Shown: piece by piece, positions 60,785 through 64,000 of the stretch
Layout: every line of letters begins with the position of its first letter
Numbering within the stretch: the stretch's first letter is position 1
NCBI RefSeq assembly: GCF_009914755.1
Contig: NC_060936.1
Source: the human T2T-CHM13v2.0 reference genome, Homo sapiens
Direction: 5' to 3' (one strand)
Length of the DNA stretch: 64,000 bases
Program-made: the position numbers and the translations under genes
The notes under the pieces: model-generated
Seen by the model: only the letters and a program-made list of their open reading frames with translations
Database searches by the model: none
Told to the model about the DNA's origin: nothing

Positions 60785-62320
60785 CCACTCTTTCACTCTT
60801 TCATTCTGTCTACAGGGCTCTCCACTTCTTCAACCATGTCTCACTCTTTTTTTCAAAAAGTAATCAAATATGTATCATGTTAAAATCCTGTCTTTACTTA
60901 CTTCCCATTTGACATCTTCTAATAGATACTAACTCTTAATGTAAACTTAAATCTCACTGATGATTTCATCATTGCAAATTGAACTTCACTGTTTGACATG
61001 GGGAAGGAAGACATGCATGCATGTCTCTAATTCCTGTAAACAAATAACATGTGTTCAAATTCTATTGTGTACCTTCAGAGTTCATAATACAGTGCACTAT
61101 GTGCAGAAAGCATTCAGCCTATGTTAATGCATTATATATAAATGAATATTTTAGTTTCTTTTTATTTAACCTTTTTGAAAAAGTATTTGGCCTATGAAGA
61201 CATATATAATGTGGTATGAGGGTGTATATTATATGCATCTCTGAAAAATATAGTCAAGAAAGAAGTTTGCCAAAAAATATGTATCACTGAAGTCCTATAG
61301 GCTTTATAAGAGTAGACCACAAATTTGGTTGTGGGCTTTCTAGCAGTCAACAAGTAGAGGAAATTCTACACAGTAGCAAACTAACTGCTCAGGAATAGCA
61401 TATCTAAGTAGTATTCCTTATACTTATAGTCTAATAGCCATATTTATAAACATATAACTATTCTTAGACCAATGTTCTTAGGCTGTTTCTAGTTTTCAAA
61501 TTCTGAACCATGAAAAGGAGCTCACTGGGGCAAAAAAGTTTAAAAGAATTGGAATATGTATTGGAACAGAATGCCTGAATCTTCTGGACATCTATTTTTG
61601 AAGTAAACTGACCAATTTCATGTAATCAGAGTGAATAAAATAGTCTTTCAATATTTAGTTGGCTCTAAGGAAGAATGATCCAATTAACAATTATCTTTGT
61701 AATTTTAATGGTATGAGCTATTTGTTCAAAAAGGGAACCTTATTTTTAATCTATTGCTTAATACTCATTTGACTTTTGTGATTTTTCTTATAGAGTATGA
61801 AACAGGCCCAGTATTCTTTGCTAGATATAGCAGAAACTGGTTATCTACATATTATATGCATTGCTTCTTTTTACTTACCAATAGAATCCTGATTGTGTTC
61901 AGAGAGCTAACATATCAGCTACAGATATTTGTTTCCCAGGCTCCCTTGCACTGGGATAAATACATGTCATACTTCTGTCCATAAAGGGTAAGATGATGAT
62001 TTCTGGGTAAGCCGTCACTTTAATGGTACAGGTATTGCTCCTGAGGCTGTGCTTTTTTTCTTTATGCCTGTAATGTGGCTATGCTGTCTGAAGGACAAGC
62101 AATAACTTTATAGCCTTGGGGTCCCAGGCATGAAGATGAAGGCATACATCTGCATATTGGAGGGTAAAGGCAGAAAGGCCATGGTTCCTATGGCAATTGT
62201 TGAACCATCACAAGAGGCTTGGACTGCCTACTCCTGGACTTCAGTTGGTTTAAGGTTTATGTTTGAGTGGTGAAAGTATCTTAGTTATATGTGCTAGAAT
62301 GGTTGAAAGTGAGCTGAGTT

Positions 62321-64000
<1,680 letters not shown>

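Overview
Primate (almost certainly human) AT-rich, gene-poor intergenic DNA made mostly of transposable elements; I can support no conventional spliced protein-coding gene, RNA gene or CRISPR-type system. The most notable structure is at 2337-6077: a full-length EEF1A1 processed pseudogene whose 5' UTR was split by a full-length SKP1 processed pseudogene, which was later hit by an AluY, with a second Alu in the EEF1A1 3' UTR. All four target-site duplications (TSDs) are still readable, and the nest yields an open 199-codon SKP1/Alu chimeric ORF behind an EEF1A1 5'TOP leader. From memory this pair resembles SKP1P2/EEF1A1P16 on 12p12.3 (not verified). The rest contains a full-length but dead L1PA3/4-type LINE-1 (11709-17894), an LTR12C solo LTR, an 8-kb Ricksha (MULE) element hosting a rearranged L1PB, a truncated LTR12, a tiny polyadenylated LTR retrocopy and an AluY, a two-LTR HERV-H provirus on the minus strand (35287-40758, LTR7up-type SOX motif, perfect His PBS), several older LTR and DNA-transposon relics, and a 5'-truncated L1PA that runs off the right edge. 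Repeat subfamily names come from recalled consensus sequences and need RepeatMasker/Dfam confirmation.
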